From: a virus | Lineage: Duplodnaviria > Caudoviricetes | Virus record (IMG/VR): IMGVR_UViG_3300014205_000214 | Span: 1 to 64,000 of that record | Direction: 5' to 3' (one strand) | Length of the DNA: 64,000 bases | In this document: one piece after another, positions 1 to 10,152 of the stretch | Layout of the letters: each line of letters opens with the position of its first letter | Position numbering within the stretch: position 1 is the first letter of the stretch | The notes under the pieces: generated by a model | The model's database searches: none | What the model was told of the DNA's origin: nothing | Seen by the model: only the letters and a program-made list of their open reading frames with translations | Made by a program: the position numbers and the translations under genes

Positions 1-481
1 ATCCTTCTGGTTGGTATATTACACCTACATGATAAGCTCGTTTAACATCCCATCTATTTAAAAGATTTCTAACTTCTTTTGGAAACTTAGGGAAGTTACC
101 AGTTGGAGTGTATGTTACACTATTAGAAGTTTTCAATTCAAATTTTATTTCGTAAGAAGAAAATATTCCACACTTTATAAAAAAGATTCTTTCATCTTCT
201 CTCCAACTATCTATTACCATTCCGTTACTACTATTAATTTTATAAAAAGGGTTAACAATAGCAAATAATGGTTGTTTATTACTTCTAGACATAGCTAATA
301 AACCAATATTAATATCTACTCCTTTTTCTTCAAGAATTCTAATTTTATTAGATACCCTTTTCTTTTCCTGTTTTTCTGGCGGAGTTAATCTACCATTAAA
401 TAATTCAAGTTCTTCCTTTAGGGATTCTACTTGGGTTTTGTTTATGCTTACGGATTCTAAATTTAAATATTCTTTAATCAT
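1..481 (-). CDS. hypothetical protein, partial (runs off window start)
   Basis: Manual translation from ATG at 481 (MIKEYLNLESVSINKTQVESLKEEL...) stays open to base 1. Confidence 0.55.
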   Translation of the reverse strand, partial: MIKEYLNLESVSINKTQVESLKEELELFNGRLTPPEKQEKKRVSNKIRILEEKGVDINIGLLAMSRSNKQPLFAIVNPFYKINSSNGMVIDSWREDERIFFIKCGIFSSYEIKFELKTSNSVTYTPTGNFPKFPKEVRNLLNRWDVKRAYHVGVIYQPEG

Positions 482-911
482 TTCATGTCCTCTATAATAA
501 ATTCCATATTTTCAATATATCCATTAAAAATATCTTCTAGTTCTTCTTTTGTAAGATACTTTGGTTGACCGTTTTCTAAGTACCTCCAACGTTTTACGCC
601 CTTGTGATCTATATTAACTTCGCCATTTAAAATTTCAATAATATTCATTACAGATCTCTCAAATTAGCTTCCATTATTTAATCTCTCTAAGATACCTTCA
701 GCTTCTTCTAAGGCTCTTGAAAACTGGCTTTTATCAGTTGTTCCTTCGTATAATCCATATCTAACCCAAGGAATACCGATAACATATTTTGGTCTTTCGC
801 TAATCATTCTAGGTTGAGTCCCATTAGTTTCAATAATAGCGATATTTTTACGTCTATGTTGCCATTTCCAAGAAGATTTGTTACGGAAAGCTGATACTTT
901 TATAAAATACA

Positions 912-1379
912 TTAAAAATCTCCGCGTAAGATATACTCAGCGAATCTATATTTATCTTTCATAGATCCCTCTTGAAGATCTTTCATATTACATTCTAAGT
1001 CTGCTAATTTAATAGCCTTTGCAGCCAAATTACTAGTAGAAATTCTCATAATGTAATCAAAATACGTTTCATTATTCCTGGTCAAATCTAAAACTATCTT
1101 ATGTACCGCAGTTGGAAAACTGTTAAGATTATAACCAGTGTCCTCTAGAACATCATGTAAATAAGCAGCGGCAATTATTATTTCTAAATTAGTCGGCATT
1201 AAGAATGCTTTCCAATATTCTGGCGGACAATACTTATGTGGATTACTTTCAATTGATTCAGCAACTACTTTACAATGTTCCTCAAAATAATCTCCGCCAG
1301 AAAACTTTCGCTTTTGTCCTCTGTGGGCCATTATAGCATAGTTTTTAGCCTTGTCAATTAAATCACTTTGTATATTCAT
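912..1379 (-). CDS. HD-domain protein, RelA/SpoT-hydrolase (Mesh1/small alarmone hydrolase)-like
   Basis: Motifs HRGQKRK..YFEEH, AAAYLHDVLEDT, IKLADLECN. Confidence 0.8.
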   Translation of the reverse strand: MNIQSDLIDKAKNYAIMAHRGQKRKFSGGDYFEEHCKVVAESIESNPHKYCPPEYWKAFLMPTNLEIIIAAAYLHDVLEDTGYNLNSFPTAVHKIVLDLTRNNETYFDYIMRISTSNLAAKAIKLADLECNMKDLQEGSMKDKYRFAEYILRGDF

Positions 1380-1772
1380 TCTTTTTCCCTAATAAATTTT
1401 ATCTCAATTTCAACTTGTTCGGCTAAATAATCAAGCTTATTCCAGTATTGTCTATCTTTCCCAACTAAGGCCAGGAAATTCTTCCAAGCCTCTTTAGATG
1501 AAGATCCATAATCTTTTAGCCTACATAATTGCAGAGCTACATCAGTATCATACTTACCGCGACAATTAACTATCCAAGCCTTGAATTTCATAACATTGCC
1601 AGCAAAGAATGATAAACAGCAGTTAAACAATCTTCTGCGTTTTTGAATAATTCGTCTAATTCTTGTTTAGAAGAACACTCTTGCATTTCTTCTAAAATAC
1701 ATTCTAGTTCACATACAGAAATTCTAGTTACGTCCATTCCGTTCATATTAGTTTCTCAAACTTTCTTAAAAA

Positions 1773-1782
1773 GAGTATTTAT
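1773..1782 (+). promoter_or_regulatory. GAGTATTTAT motif (putative phage late promoter), upstream of HTH/GIY-YIG cassette 1
   Basis: Exact motif 45 nt before ATG 1827; one of 8 equivalent sites. Confidence 0.7.
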
Positions 1783-1797
1783 ATACAGAGCATAATT

Positions 1798-1826
1798 ATT
1801 ATACGTCATATAAAGGATTTTGTCAA
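1798..1826 (-). promoter_or_regulatory. sigma70-type promoter
   Basis: TTGACA-N17-TATAAT on minus strand. Confidence 0.8.
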
Positions 1827-1982
1827 ATGAAAAAATTAAGCGATCAGGAAAAAATTGATGTTGTATCTCGCTACCAAAAAGGTGAGTCTATGACTAAGCT
1901 AGGTCAAGTCTATGGTATAGCTCGTCAATCTATAGCATCTATACTAAAAGTTCGTAAAGTGGAGATTCGTAATGGAAAATAA
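1827..1982 (+). CDS. small helix-turn-helix protein (51 aa), not in ORF track
   Basis: MKKLSDQEKIDVVSRYQKGESMTKLGQVYGIARQSIASILKVRKVEIRNGK; paralogous to 9197..9358 and 28303..28464; overlaps GIY-YIG start by 11 nt. Confidence 0.8.
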   Translation: MKKLSDQEKIDVVSRYQKGESMTKLGQVYGIARQSIASILKVRKVEIRNGK

Positions 1983-2763
1983 AGTTTATGGTTATATTTA
2001 CTTAATTACAAATTTAATAAACGGAAAACAATATACTGGTCAAACCGTTCTAACAATAGAAGAAAGGTTTAAAATACATTATGATGATTCAAGACGTAAA
2101 AATTGTAAAATGGTAATTTGTAGAGCTATTAAAAAATATGGTATTAAAAATTTTAAAATAGAAGAAATAGACGTGGCGTATAATCAAGAACAGTTAAATC
2201 TTATAGAGGGTGTTTATATGTCATGGTTTAATACGTTGACTCCGAACGGTTATAACATTAAAGAAATAATAAATGGAAAAGGTAGGCATTCTAAAGAAAC
2301 AAGAGAAAAACTTAAAAAGCTAGCTAATACTCCAGAAAGATTAAAATTACAATCTGATAAAGGTATTAAAACAAGAGGAATGGTTCATAGTAATTCTAAA
2401 TCAAAATACTGTGGAGTTCATCTTCGTAAGAAGAGATGGTATGCTCAATATTCTTTAAATGGAAAAAGATTTCATATAGGCTCATATTTACTAGAAATAG
2501 ATGCCGCCAAAGCTTATGATTTAGCAGCAATTAAGTATTTCGGTAATAATACAAGTTTAAACTTTCCTGAACTAAAACAAGATTATATTAATGGTATAAT
2601 TACTGTTAATAAAAGTACTAATAAAAAATATAATAGTAAAATAAAAGGAGTAAGCTTTAATAAGAATCAGAATAAGTGGTTCTTCCGTAAAAATAATAAA
2701 TATAAATATTTTCCAAACAAAGAAGAAGCAGAAAAATATGCTTTAAATTATTCTTCGTTATAA
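1972..2763 (+). CDS. GIY-YIG homing endonuclease with AP2 DNA-binding domain
   Basis: YGYIYLITNLINGKQYTGQT; AP2-like SKYCGVHLRKKRWYAQ...HIGSYLLEIDAAKAYDLAAIKYFG..LNFP. Confidence 0.85.
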   Translation: MENKVYGYIYLITNLINGKQYTGQTVLTIEERFKIHYDDSRRKNCKMVICRAIKKYGIKNFKIEEIDVAYNQEQLNLIEGVYMSWFNTLTPNGYNIKEIINGKGRHSKETREKLKKLANTPERLKLQSDKGIKTRGMVHSNSKSKYCGVHLRKKRWYAQYSLNGKRFHIGSYLLEIDAAKAYDLAAIKYFGNNTSLNFPELKQDYINGIITVNKSTNKKYNSKIKGVSFNKNQNKWFFRKNNKYKYFPNKEEAEKYALNYSSL

Positions 2764-3794
2764 TATTCTATATCCAACATACTATTTTTAGTAAAACGAC
2801 GAGATTCATTTCCGTCATCAAAAGATGGATCATTTGGTAACAATATTCCATAAACATAATCTATTCCAACTTCTTCAATAATCATATACCTACGATGTTG
2901 TGCCTTATCATTCTTACCTTTATAGAAAAAAGTAACTTGATCTAGTCTATTTAAGTCTTCAAACTTTAAATCTTTTGATTGTACTACTGGCTCAATACCC
3001 TCACAGCAATTATCTAACGGTGCAACATATTCACTAAGAACTTCATACTTACAAACTCTAACTTTTTGAGCATTATGATCCTTTGGTACAGAAACAACAT
3101 CCCTTGGATGAACTTTTACAATAACTACTTTATCTCCATGTTGATTAAAAGATCCTCCAGGACCGCTATAAGCTAATCCCCCAACATGTAAACCATAGGA
3201 ACATTCACGTTCTCGATCATCATCTACTTCGTTTCTACTACATTCAATAAGTTCTCCAACACCATTATAAATTCTACCATCAACTTCTTTACCAGATAAT
3301 AGTGTAATTTCACCATTACCTCTAGTTTTAGAATACCAATCTGATTGAACTGACTTATAAGCTAGAAAACAACCATCTTCAGTTAGCGGTAAGTTTCGAT
3401 TCATAAGAAAATCTGGAAGTTCACTAATACTTTTTGAGGACGGATTCTGTAAAAGATCTTCAAAAAACGAAACCATTAAAGTAATTGGAAAACCATTCTT
3501 TTTAGCTTCTAAAATCCTTTTAGCATAAGAATAATGAAGTTCTTTTCCCTTATATAGAACCTTATCATCATGAACAGAAATTCCAGTTCCAGAAACAAAC
3601 TTCTGAACAAGAATTGTCTCTTGCTTCTTCTTATGAGTATAAAGATCTAAAAAGTCTTCTGCGTTAGACTTCTTATACGATTCTAATAACAGGTCGTAAT
3701 TTGGGTGATTTTTATCAACAGTGAAAACTTTACCGTTAACTACTGCTGTTAAACTACCATTTGTACTATTAAACGTTCCGGCTAGCATTTGCAT
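2748..3794 (-). CDS. rIIB: rIIB-like protein
   Basis: FLAYKSV...RNEVDDDRERECSYGLHVG...VKVHPRDVVSVP motifs; directly downstream of rIIA-like gene. Confidence 0.8.
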   Translation of the reverse strand: MQMLAGTFNSTNGSLTAVVNGKVFTVDKNHPNYDLLLESYKKSNAEDFLDLYTHKKKQETILVQKFVSGTGISVHDDKVLYKGKELHYSYAKRILEAKKNGFPITLMVSFFEDLLQNPSSKSISELPDFLMNRNLPLTEDGCFLAYKSVQSDWYSKTRGNGEITLLSGKEVDGRIYNGVGELIECSRNEVDDDRERECSYGLHVGGLAYSGPGGSFNQHGDKVVIVKVHPRDVVSVPKDHNAQKVRVCKYEVLSEYVAPLDNCCEGIEPVVQSKDLKFEDLNRLDQVTFFYKGKNDKAQHRRYMIIEEVGIDYVYGILLPNDPSFDDGNESRRFTKNSMLDIEYYNEE

Positions 3795-5721
3795 AATCGA
3801 CTCCTAGGATATAAAAATATAAATCTTCTGGTGGTGAATAACTACTTAACAATTTAAACTTTTGCATAATATCTTTATGCTTTTTAACATAATCTCTTTC
3901 TGGCAACTCATACTTGTACCCCATTGTTCTTAAAGAATCTTGTTTGTCAAGAAAATTATTTAGCTTTTTCGGATGTAGTTTCAAAAACTGTTTCACCTTT
4001 AAAAGATTTAAACATTCAGAATCCTTAATGTCAAATTTCTTTTGAATAGCCATTAAGTTACTAAAGAAGCGTTCGTTTACGTTACAAAAAACATTATATT
4101 GATTTAGTTTAAGAAAGAGATATTTATTCTTGTCTAGCTCTTGAATCATTTTTTCTTGTTTTTCTTTAAAAACATCTTCAATGTTAACAAAACCCAACTT
4201 TTTAACTTTTTCCTCGTCTTCTTTTTTAACCCCATAAACATCTACGCTGATTTTAGCTTCAGACATAAATCTAAAAACTTCTTTAGGCTTATAACTTTTA
4301 CCGTTAAAGATTACTCTATATCTATCCCTAATAATGTAATACTTAGAAGTTATTTTATCAACATCTATATTATCTTCTTTCCAAGAATGAGTGACATAAT
4401 GATTGTTAACCATTTGTCTAAGAAAACCTAAAGAACATCGCTTATGGTTATTTTTAGGCGGTCTAGGTAAAGATGAAGCTAAAGTAAATTCTGGGTATGT
4501 TATCTTAAAATTAACTAGTTGGTCCTGATTAATTAAATAAACAGAAGTTCCACTAGAAGCAATCTCTCTACATCTTGAAATAGCCCCAATTTTTAAGTCG
4601 TTTACAACATATTTATAACTATTATTAATCAAAAGCTTATTATATAGAAATCTTCTTTTATTATAAGTGTTAAAATATTCACAATTTAAATCAATCTCTT
4701 TTGTGCTAAGCTCTTTATTATTCCAGGTAAATTTATCAGGAGTAGATATTCCCTTAATGTTTCTTTGGTATAAAACACGCAAATAATTATAGGCTGCAAT
4801 AGCTTCAAATTCGGTTTGTTTTGAAGTAATCTGATCAATAATATCTTTATCAATCTTTTCAAGTACTTTATCAAACTTAGCTTTAATATTCTTAATTGTA
4901 TAATCTGTATATTCTAAACTTTCCCTAGAAGGAGTAAAGGTTAGTTCACCAATATCAAAGAAAAGAATAATATTTGAATCTAAAAGATTTTTATACTTAT
5001 CTAGAATATAGTTTTTTGTAATAGGATAGGCTACATTACCCATAACAGCTAAACATCTTCTGCTTGGGTTAATTGCATAAATATCATTACCAAGAGTATA
5101 TATGTTCTCTAATTCAATTTCTTTTCCAATAAACTTAGGCTGTCTTTTGAAAAACTTATATACCTCTTTAGCTTCTTCTTCAAATTCATCTATATCATCT
5201 GGATCAACAGCAATTTGTACTTTAATACCTTCTGGGTCTTGAGAATATTCTTTATGAAGTTGTGAAAATTCCGGAACTCCAGATTGTCCAATACAACATG
5301 AATAAATATAATGATATCCACCCTTCCAGGATTCTACGGAAAAAGATTTAGTATTATACGATAGTCCAGATAGATTACCTAAACCTAAACAGCCATTAAA
5401 ATCATTGTTATTATCCTTAGTACTAGTAAAGACTGAAAAATAAATATCTTCAAGTTCTTTTTTTGTTAAACCGGTTCCATAATCTCTAACATAGAAATAG
5501 CACTCTTTCTCTGTAGGAAGATGTACTTCGAATGGTTCTGGATTATTAGCTTCTAAATGAGAATCAAGAGCGTTTGTCGAATACTCTCGGATAACAGCTT
5601 TAATCTTATTTTGATATATTCCGCTTGTTAATATAGAAAAACTTTTCGCATTAACCTCAAAAGAGAACTTTTTAGAAGTAGCGGTAGAAATTACAGTGTT
5701 CCTACTGGGTGTAAACTTCAT
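3769..5721 (-). CDS. rIIA: rIIA-like protein (N-terminal GHKL/HSP90-type ATPase domain)
   Basis: IYQNKIKAVIREYSTNALDSH, VRDYGTGL, STKDNNNDFNGCLGLG, FTPSRESLEY. Confidence 0.8.
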   Translation of the reverse strand: MKFTPSRNTVISTATSKKFSFEVNAKSFSILTSGIYQNKIKAVIREYSTNALDSHLEANNPEPFEVHLPTEKECYFYVRDYGTGLTKKELEDIYFSVFTSTKDNNNDFNGCLGLGNLSGLSYNTKSFSVESWKGGYHYIYSCCIGQSGVPEFSQLHKEYSQDPEGIKVQIAVDPDDIDEFEEEAKEVYKFFKRQPKFIGKEIELENIYTLGNDIYAINPSRRCLAVMGNVAYPITKNYILDKYKNLLDSNIILFFDIGELTFTPSRESLEYTDYTIKNIKAKFDKVLEKIDKDIIDQITSKQTEFEAIAAYNYLRVLYQRNIKGISTPDKFTWNNKELSTKEIDLNCEYFNTYNKRRFLYNKLLINNSYKYVVNDLKIGAISRCREIASSGTSVYLINQDQLVNFKITYPEFTLASSLPRPPKNNHKRCSLGFLRQMVNNHYVTHSWKEDNIDVDKITSKYYIIRDRYRVIFNGKSYKPKEVFRFMSEAKISVDVYGVKKEDEEKVKKLGFVNIEDVFKEKQEKMIQELDKNKYLFLKLNQYNVFCNVNERFFSNLMAIQKKFDIKDSECLNLLKVKQFLKLHPKKLNNFLDKQDSLRTMGYKYELPERDYVKKHKDIMQKFKLLSSYSPPEDLYFYILGVDYANASRNV

Positions 5722-5723
5722 AT

Positions 5724-6191
5724 TTAAAAACCTTTAAGTTTTTCTTCTAATTCTGGAAAATAACTCAAAATCAAAGTTTTATCAGATTTTAGCTTATATC
5801 TATTACTAATTTTTGTTAAAGCTTTTGTTAATAGTTTTGATCTATATTTATTTTTATCACATATTGGTATATAAAGAGCTATAGAACCAACATCATTATT
5901 ATCACCATACGCAATAATACCTATTGAAAAAGAATTATATGTATTGGTTCTGGTTATTTTACTAGAATAAGCATGAACAGCTTCTCCATATAAAGCATGG
6001 TTATTATATAAAGGTTTATCAACACCTTTTCTATTAATTAATAATCCGTTTTTTGGCACGATTACATCTTTCCAAGGTGTTCTAAGTACTCCGTCATAAT
6101 TATCTAACCATTTATAGCTTTTAACAACTAAACTATATTTATTAAAAGGAATTTCTTTAACATATAAACACATAATTAATCCTTTTCGCAA
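5724..6191 (-). CDS. hypothetical protein, distantly similar to the YYKV paralog family
   Basis: ORF in tight operon; YKWL..DGVLRTPW motif. Confidence 0.5.
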   Translation of the reverse strand: MRKGLIMCLYVKEIPFNKYSLVVKSYKWLDNYDGVLRTPWKDVIVPKNGLLINRKGVDKPLYNNHALYGEAVHAYSSKITRTNTYNSFSIGIIAYGDNNDVGSIALYIPICDKNKYRSKLLTKALTKISNRYKLKSDKTLILSYFPELEEKLKGF

Positions 6192-6868
6192 TGAACCAAG
6201 TTATAAATACTAGACTTAATACTATCATATTTAGGGAGAATATCACAGCTTATCCCATCAATAAAAACCATTGTACCATTCTTTTGTTGGTTTGTCAAAT
6301 CATTTGTCCAATTTTTTCCAATACCATGAAGCATTTCGTGTTGTTGTGATCTATTCTTTTTATTAAGTTGTTTATGAGAGAAAAAAGAACTACAATACAT
6401 TGATAGTGAATTTCTTTCCCAGTCTTTAGCTCTCCATAAAAAATAATTAATTACGTCTTCTCTTGGTACACTAAAGGCTCTACAGTCAAAATACGGAGTA
6501 GTATTAGTTTTTTCTTTAAATTTATCATTTTGAAAGTAAGAACTCATTAATCCCGCTGTTACAGATTCTATTTTAGATTTACTATAATTAAACCATCCGC
6601 AGGTTTCAATAGTATCATAATCCGTAATTAGAATAGAAACTTCGTCACTTTGAGTATAAGCACACTTAAAACCTTGAATTTTCTTAGCTATAGTTCTGGT
6701 AGTATTAACCATTGAATCCATTATTAATTGATCAAATGGTCTATCAAAACCTCTTGTAAAAGTATGAAAAGCTACCCCGTCAATTCGCAAGATAACAGGA
6801 ACACCTTTTGTTAAATATAATTTAGAACTATTTTCATAGCCCTTCATTCTATCTCCAAGATCGTTCAT
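6176..6868 (-). CDS. thg1: tRNA(His) guanylyltransferase, Thg1 family
   Basis: RMKGYE, ILRIDGVAFHTFT, AYTQSDEVSIL, FDCRAF, NYFLWR. Confidence 0.9.
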   Translation of the reverse strand: MNDLGDRMKGYENSSKLYLTKGVPVILRIDGVAFHTFTRGFDRPFDQLIMDSMVNTTRTIAKKIQGFKCAYTQSDEVSILITDYDTIETCGWFNYSKSKIESVTAGLMSSYFQNDKFKEKTNTTPYFDCRAFSVPREDVINYFLWRAKDWERNSLSMYCSSFFSHKQLNKKNRSQQHEMLHGIGKNWTNDLTNQQKNGTMVFIDGISCDILPKYDSIKSSIYNLVHCEKD

Positions 6869-7452
6869 TCCATATTTCCCTTATGATGATCTACAGTTAA
6901 AATATCTCTTTTACTTAAGATTTCAATAACTTCTTCAATATCTAAAGGACGACGATATTTACACCATCCAACATCCATACTTTTACCTATTTCTGGTAAT
7001 GAATGATGGGAATGTCCATAACAATGGAGAGATCCTCTATGAGATTTATTCCAAACCCTTAAAGCATAATGACACATAACAAACATTTTATTATTAATGT
7101 AAGTTTCTATAAAATTAGAAATACTTTTAAATAAATGTTTGTATTCATCTATACTTTTGTCGTGGTTCCCTCTAATAAAAATAATATTTTCAACTACTAA
7201 TTGTTCTCTTAGTTTCCAAACATTATCTTTACCACCAAAAGACCAATCTCCCAAGAAATATAAAGTATCTGATCTTTTTACATTAGCATTGACACTACCA
7301 ACAATAGCTTCGTTCATTTCTTTTACAGAATCAAAGTCTCGATAACCAGATCCCCAAGAAGATACTTTTGGGCCACATATATTAGTATGACCGTAATGAA
7401 AATCCGATGATATAAATATTGACATTATCGCCTTTCGGGTTCTAGAAACCAC
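6865..7452 (-). CDS. calcineurin-like metallophosphoesterase
   Basis: SDFHYGH, LGDWS, RGNHD, CHY, YGHSH. Confidence 0.85.
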   Translation of the reverse strand: MVSRTRKAIMSIFISSDFHYGHTNICGPKVSSWGSGYRDFDSVKEMNEAIVGSVNANVKRSDTLYFLGDWSFGGKDNVWKLREQLVVENIIFIRGNHDKSIDEYKHLFKSISNFIETYINNKMFVMCHYALRVWNKSHRGSLHCYGHSHHSLPEIGKSMDVGWCKYRRPLDIEEVIEILSKRDILTVDHHKGNME

Positions 7453-7868
7453 GCATTATCTTTTCGATAAACCCTTAACTTAGTATCTCTTCCAGAAGGA
7501 CTAATTTCAGTAGTAGCTACGGCCCTATTCTGATAAAGCACCTCTATTTTATTTTTAAAAATATTATTTAAATGATGCTTTAAAGTCTTGTTAATTCCAA
7601 GTTCTTCATAGTGATTTCTGACTTTTACTCGAACAACTTTACCAGATTCATTTTTTAGATATAAATCAGCAGCTATTGTTTGAGTAGATAGTAGAAAGAA
7701 TAAAATTAGAGTTTTCATTTTTCGCTCCCTGAAGTGTTATTTTTACCACAAACTGTACATCTATAAGTACTTGGTTTAGTGGTTTTATTATGAAGTCTCT
7801 TTCCTGCATAATTTTTGTCTTGATAAACGCTGTTACAACTACACTTTAAAACTTTTGTATCTGCCATT

Positions 7869-8396
7869 TTAATCCTCGTAAGTAGTACCGGGCCAATTAT
7901 CTTCTTTTCTATCATAAACTGTTACTGGAACAGTGATTGTTTTATTAATAATTTTTGCTACAGTTTCCCATGAAGCACCAGCTAAACCTGCTCCAATTCG
8001 TGGGATAATTAATCTTTCATATTCATTTGAAACCATATGATCATTTAGTTTACACATACATTCTCTAAAAGATTCATATCTAAAAGGAATATATCCCCAT
8101 TTGTCTTTTCCAATACCTCTTTGTGTAATAGCATTACAAACAGCAGAATAAATATATTTTACTGGAATTATTTGAATCTCACCTATTCTAGCTTTTACTG
8201 TACTATTACTAGGAGTATACCAATATGACCCATGTTTAAACCAGCTTTCATAACAATCATAAACAATCGGATACTGTTCCTTTATAGCTAAAATGACACC
8301 TGCGGAACCAAAACCTAAGTCGTTACAACCATGAGCTAACATTAGTTTCCCCTGTTCTACTGGGTCTATAACAGACCCCTTTCGATAAGTAATCAT
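7869..8396 (-). CDS. macrodomain (ADP-ribose binding/hydrolase) protein
   Basis: AHGCNDLGFGSAGVILAI, NAITQ, IPRIGAGLAGASWETV. Confidence 0.85.
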   Translation of the reverse strand: MITYRKGSVIDPVEQGKLMLAHGCNDLGFGSAGVILAIKEQYPIVYDCYESWFKHGSYWYTPSNSTVKARIGEIQIIPVKYIYSAVCNAITQRGIGKDKWGYIPFRYESFRECMCKLNDHMVSNEYERLIIPRIGAGLAGASWETVAKIINKTITVPVTVYDRKEDNWPGTTYED

Positions 8397-8697
8397 ACTG
8401 ATTTTTTACCCTTTTCTGTCAAAGTATAAACAAAGTCATTTTTTTCACTATCGTACATAGCGTCTATATAACCCATATTAGACAGTAACTCTATTTGTCT
8501 ATCAGTTATTAGAGCATTATATTTTTCATGTACGTCTGTTGTACAAGACGTTCTTCGACCAGACCTATAAAACAACTGTAAAATATACATTACAATCTTT
8601 TCTTGCTCGTCTTCTAAAACCTCTTCATTATCTATATATTTATCAAGAATGCTATCAATTTCTTCTAAAGAAATATTCTCATTCATGATAGCAGCTT

Positions 8698-9087
8698 CTA
8701 TTTTATAATTTTCATCTTTAGACATTTAAAACCCTCTTCCGTAGAGTAAACTACATTAGTGATATCGTGATGCAACAACAAGTTAGTACAGTGGCCACAA
8801 GGGCGAGACATAAGAAGATTATTATCTTTATCTATTCTAATGTTTATCATAAATGACCTTTTATCAATTTTGGAACAGTTTAACAAACAGGCTAGCTCAC
8901 TATGAATTGCTTGTGAACTATAATTAAATTTTAAACACAAGGGGTGCGTTTTAAGTGTTTTATTATACCCAAAGCTAATAATTTTATTTTTTCTAACCAA
9001 AAAGCTAAAATGTTTTGACCTGTTTGGTACAAGATGTTTTAGATTAATAGCTGTTTGGACTGTTTTATTTATGATTTTTTGATTCAT
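8698..9087 (-). CDS. zinc-dependent cytidine/dCMP deaminase-like protein
   Basis: IHSELAC and SRPCGHC Zn ligands. Confidence 0.8.
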   Translation of the reverse strand: MNQKIINKTVQTAINLKHLVPNRSKHFSFLVRKNKIISFGYNKTLKTHPLCLKFNYSSQAIHSELACLLNCSKIDKRSFMINIRIDKDNNLLMSRPCGHCTNLLLHHDITNVVYSTEEGFKCLKMKIIK

Positions 9088-9093
9088 GGTTTA

Positions 9094-9121
9094 ATTATAC
9101 TTCGTAAATAAAATTTGTCAA
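9094..9121 (-). promoter_or_regulatory. sigma70-type promoter
   Basis: TTGACA-N16-TATAAT. Confidence 0.8.
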
Positions 9122-9149
9122 TTAAAAACTTTATATTTTTTCTTAAAAA

Positions 9150-9159
9150 GAGTATTTAT
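9150..9159 (+). promoter_or_regulatory. GAGTATTTAT motif, upstream of cassette 2
   Basis: 38 nt before ATG 9197. Confidence 0.7.
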
Positions 9160-9196
9160 ATATAGGAACACTTACTATACCTTTAGGAGTTAAAGA

Positions 9197-9358
9197 ATGA
9201 GAAAGTTAACAGACCAACAAAAAATTGACATTGTAAACCGTTATATAAATGGTGAGTCATCAGTTAAATTAAGTAAAGAGTTTGAAGTATCTAAAAGATC
9301 TATTCTTAATATTTTAAACGTAAGAAATGTAGAAATGAGAAATAAAAATGGAAAATAA
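9197..9358 (+). CDS. small helix-turn-helix protein (53 aa), not in ORF track
   Basis: MRKLTDQQKIDIVNRYINGESSVKLSKEFEVSKRSILNILNVRNVEMRNKNGK. Confidence 0.8.
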   Translation: MRKLTDQQKIDIVNRYINGESSVKLSKEFEVSKRSILNILNVRNVEMRNKNGK

Positions 9359-10151
9359 AGAAATTTACGGTTATATTTATTTAATTACAAATTTAGTAAA
9401 CGGAAAACAATATGTAGGAAAAACCGTTCAAACTATTAAAGCAAGATTTGGCGGGCATTGTAATCCTGGAGAAATGAATAAAAAATGTTTAATATCTAAA
9501 GCCATTAAAAAATATGGAAAAGAGAATTTTAAAATTAAAGAAATAGCAGTAGCATATAATCAAAAACAATTAAAATTTTCTGAGGGGTTTTATATTTCAT
9601 CTTTTAATACTTTAACTCCAAATGGATATAATCTAACCAATATTATTAATGGGTACAGTAAACACTCAGAAGAAACTAAAGAAAAAATGAGAATAGCCAG
9701 AAATAAACCAAAAAATTTAAAAATATCATCTAGTGTTGGCATTAAAACCAGAGGTAAAAGTTTAGGAGGAACATCTAAATATTGTGGAGTTCATGTTAAT
9801 AACAATAAATATATATGTCAAATAATGTTTAATAATAAACCAATATATATTGGTTCTTATAACCTGGAATCTGATTCGGCAAAAGCCTATGATATCGCTG
9901 CGATAAGATATTTTGGTAATGGTACAATTTTAAATTTTCCAGAACTAAGAGAAGACTATATTAATGGTAAAATTACTGTAAATAAAAATACAAGACAAAA
10001 CTATTCAAAATCAGGAATAGAGGGCATATTGTTTAAAACGAAAAATAATAAATGGCAAACTAAATATTTTGATAAAACACTAAATAAAAATAGACATAAG
10101 TTTTTTAACACTCTAGAAGAGGCTATTAAATTTAAAAATACTAATTATTAA
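9348..10151 (+). CDS. GIY-YIG homing endonuclease with AP2 domain
   Basis: YGYIYLITNLVNGKQYVGKT; SKYCGVH...YIGSYNLESDSAKAYDIAAIRYFG..LNFP. Confidence 0.85.
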   Translation: MENKEIYGYIYLITNLVNGKQYVGKTVQTIKARFGGHCNPGEMNKKCLISKAIKKYGKENFKIKEIAVAYNQKQLKFSEGFYISSFNTLTPNGYNLTNIINGYSKHSEETKEKMRIARNKPKNLKISSSVGIKTRGKSLGGTSKYCGVHVNNNKYICQIMFNNKPIYIGSYNLESDSAKAYDIAAIRYFGNGTILNFPELREDYINGKITVNKNTRQNYSKSGIEGILFKTKNNKWQTKYFDKTLNKNRHKFFNTLEEAIKFKNTNY

Positions 10152-10152
10152 A

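Noticed and set aside
1773-1783. T4-type late promoter TATAAATA on the minus strand
   Set aside because: Three of eight sites read AATAAATA, and all eight are oriented as GAGTATTTAT relative to the downstream gene, including the inverted copy at 53546
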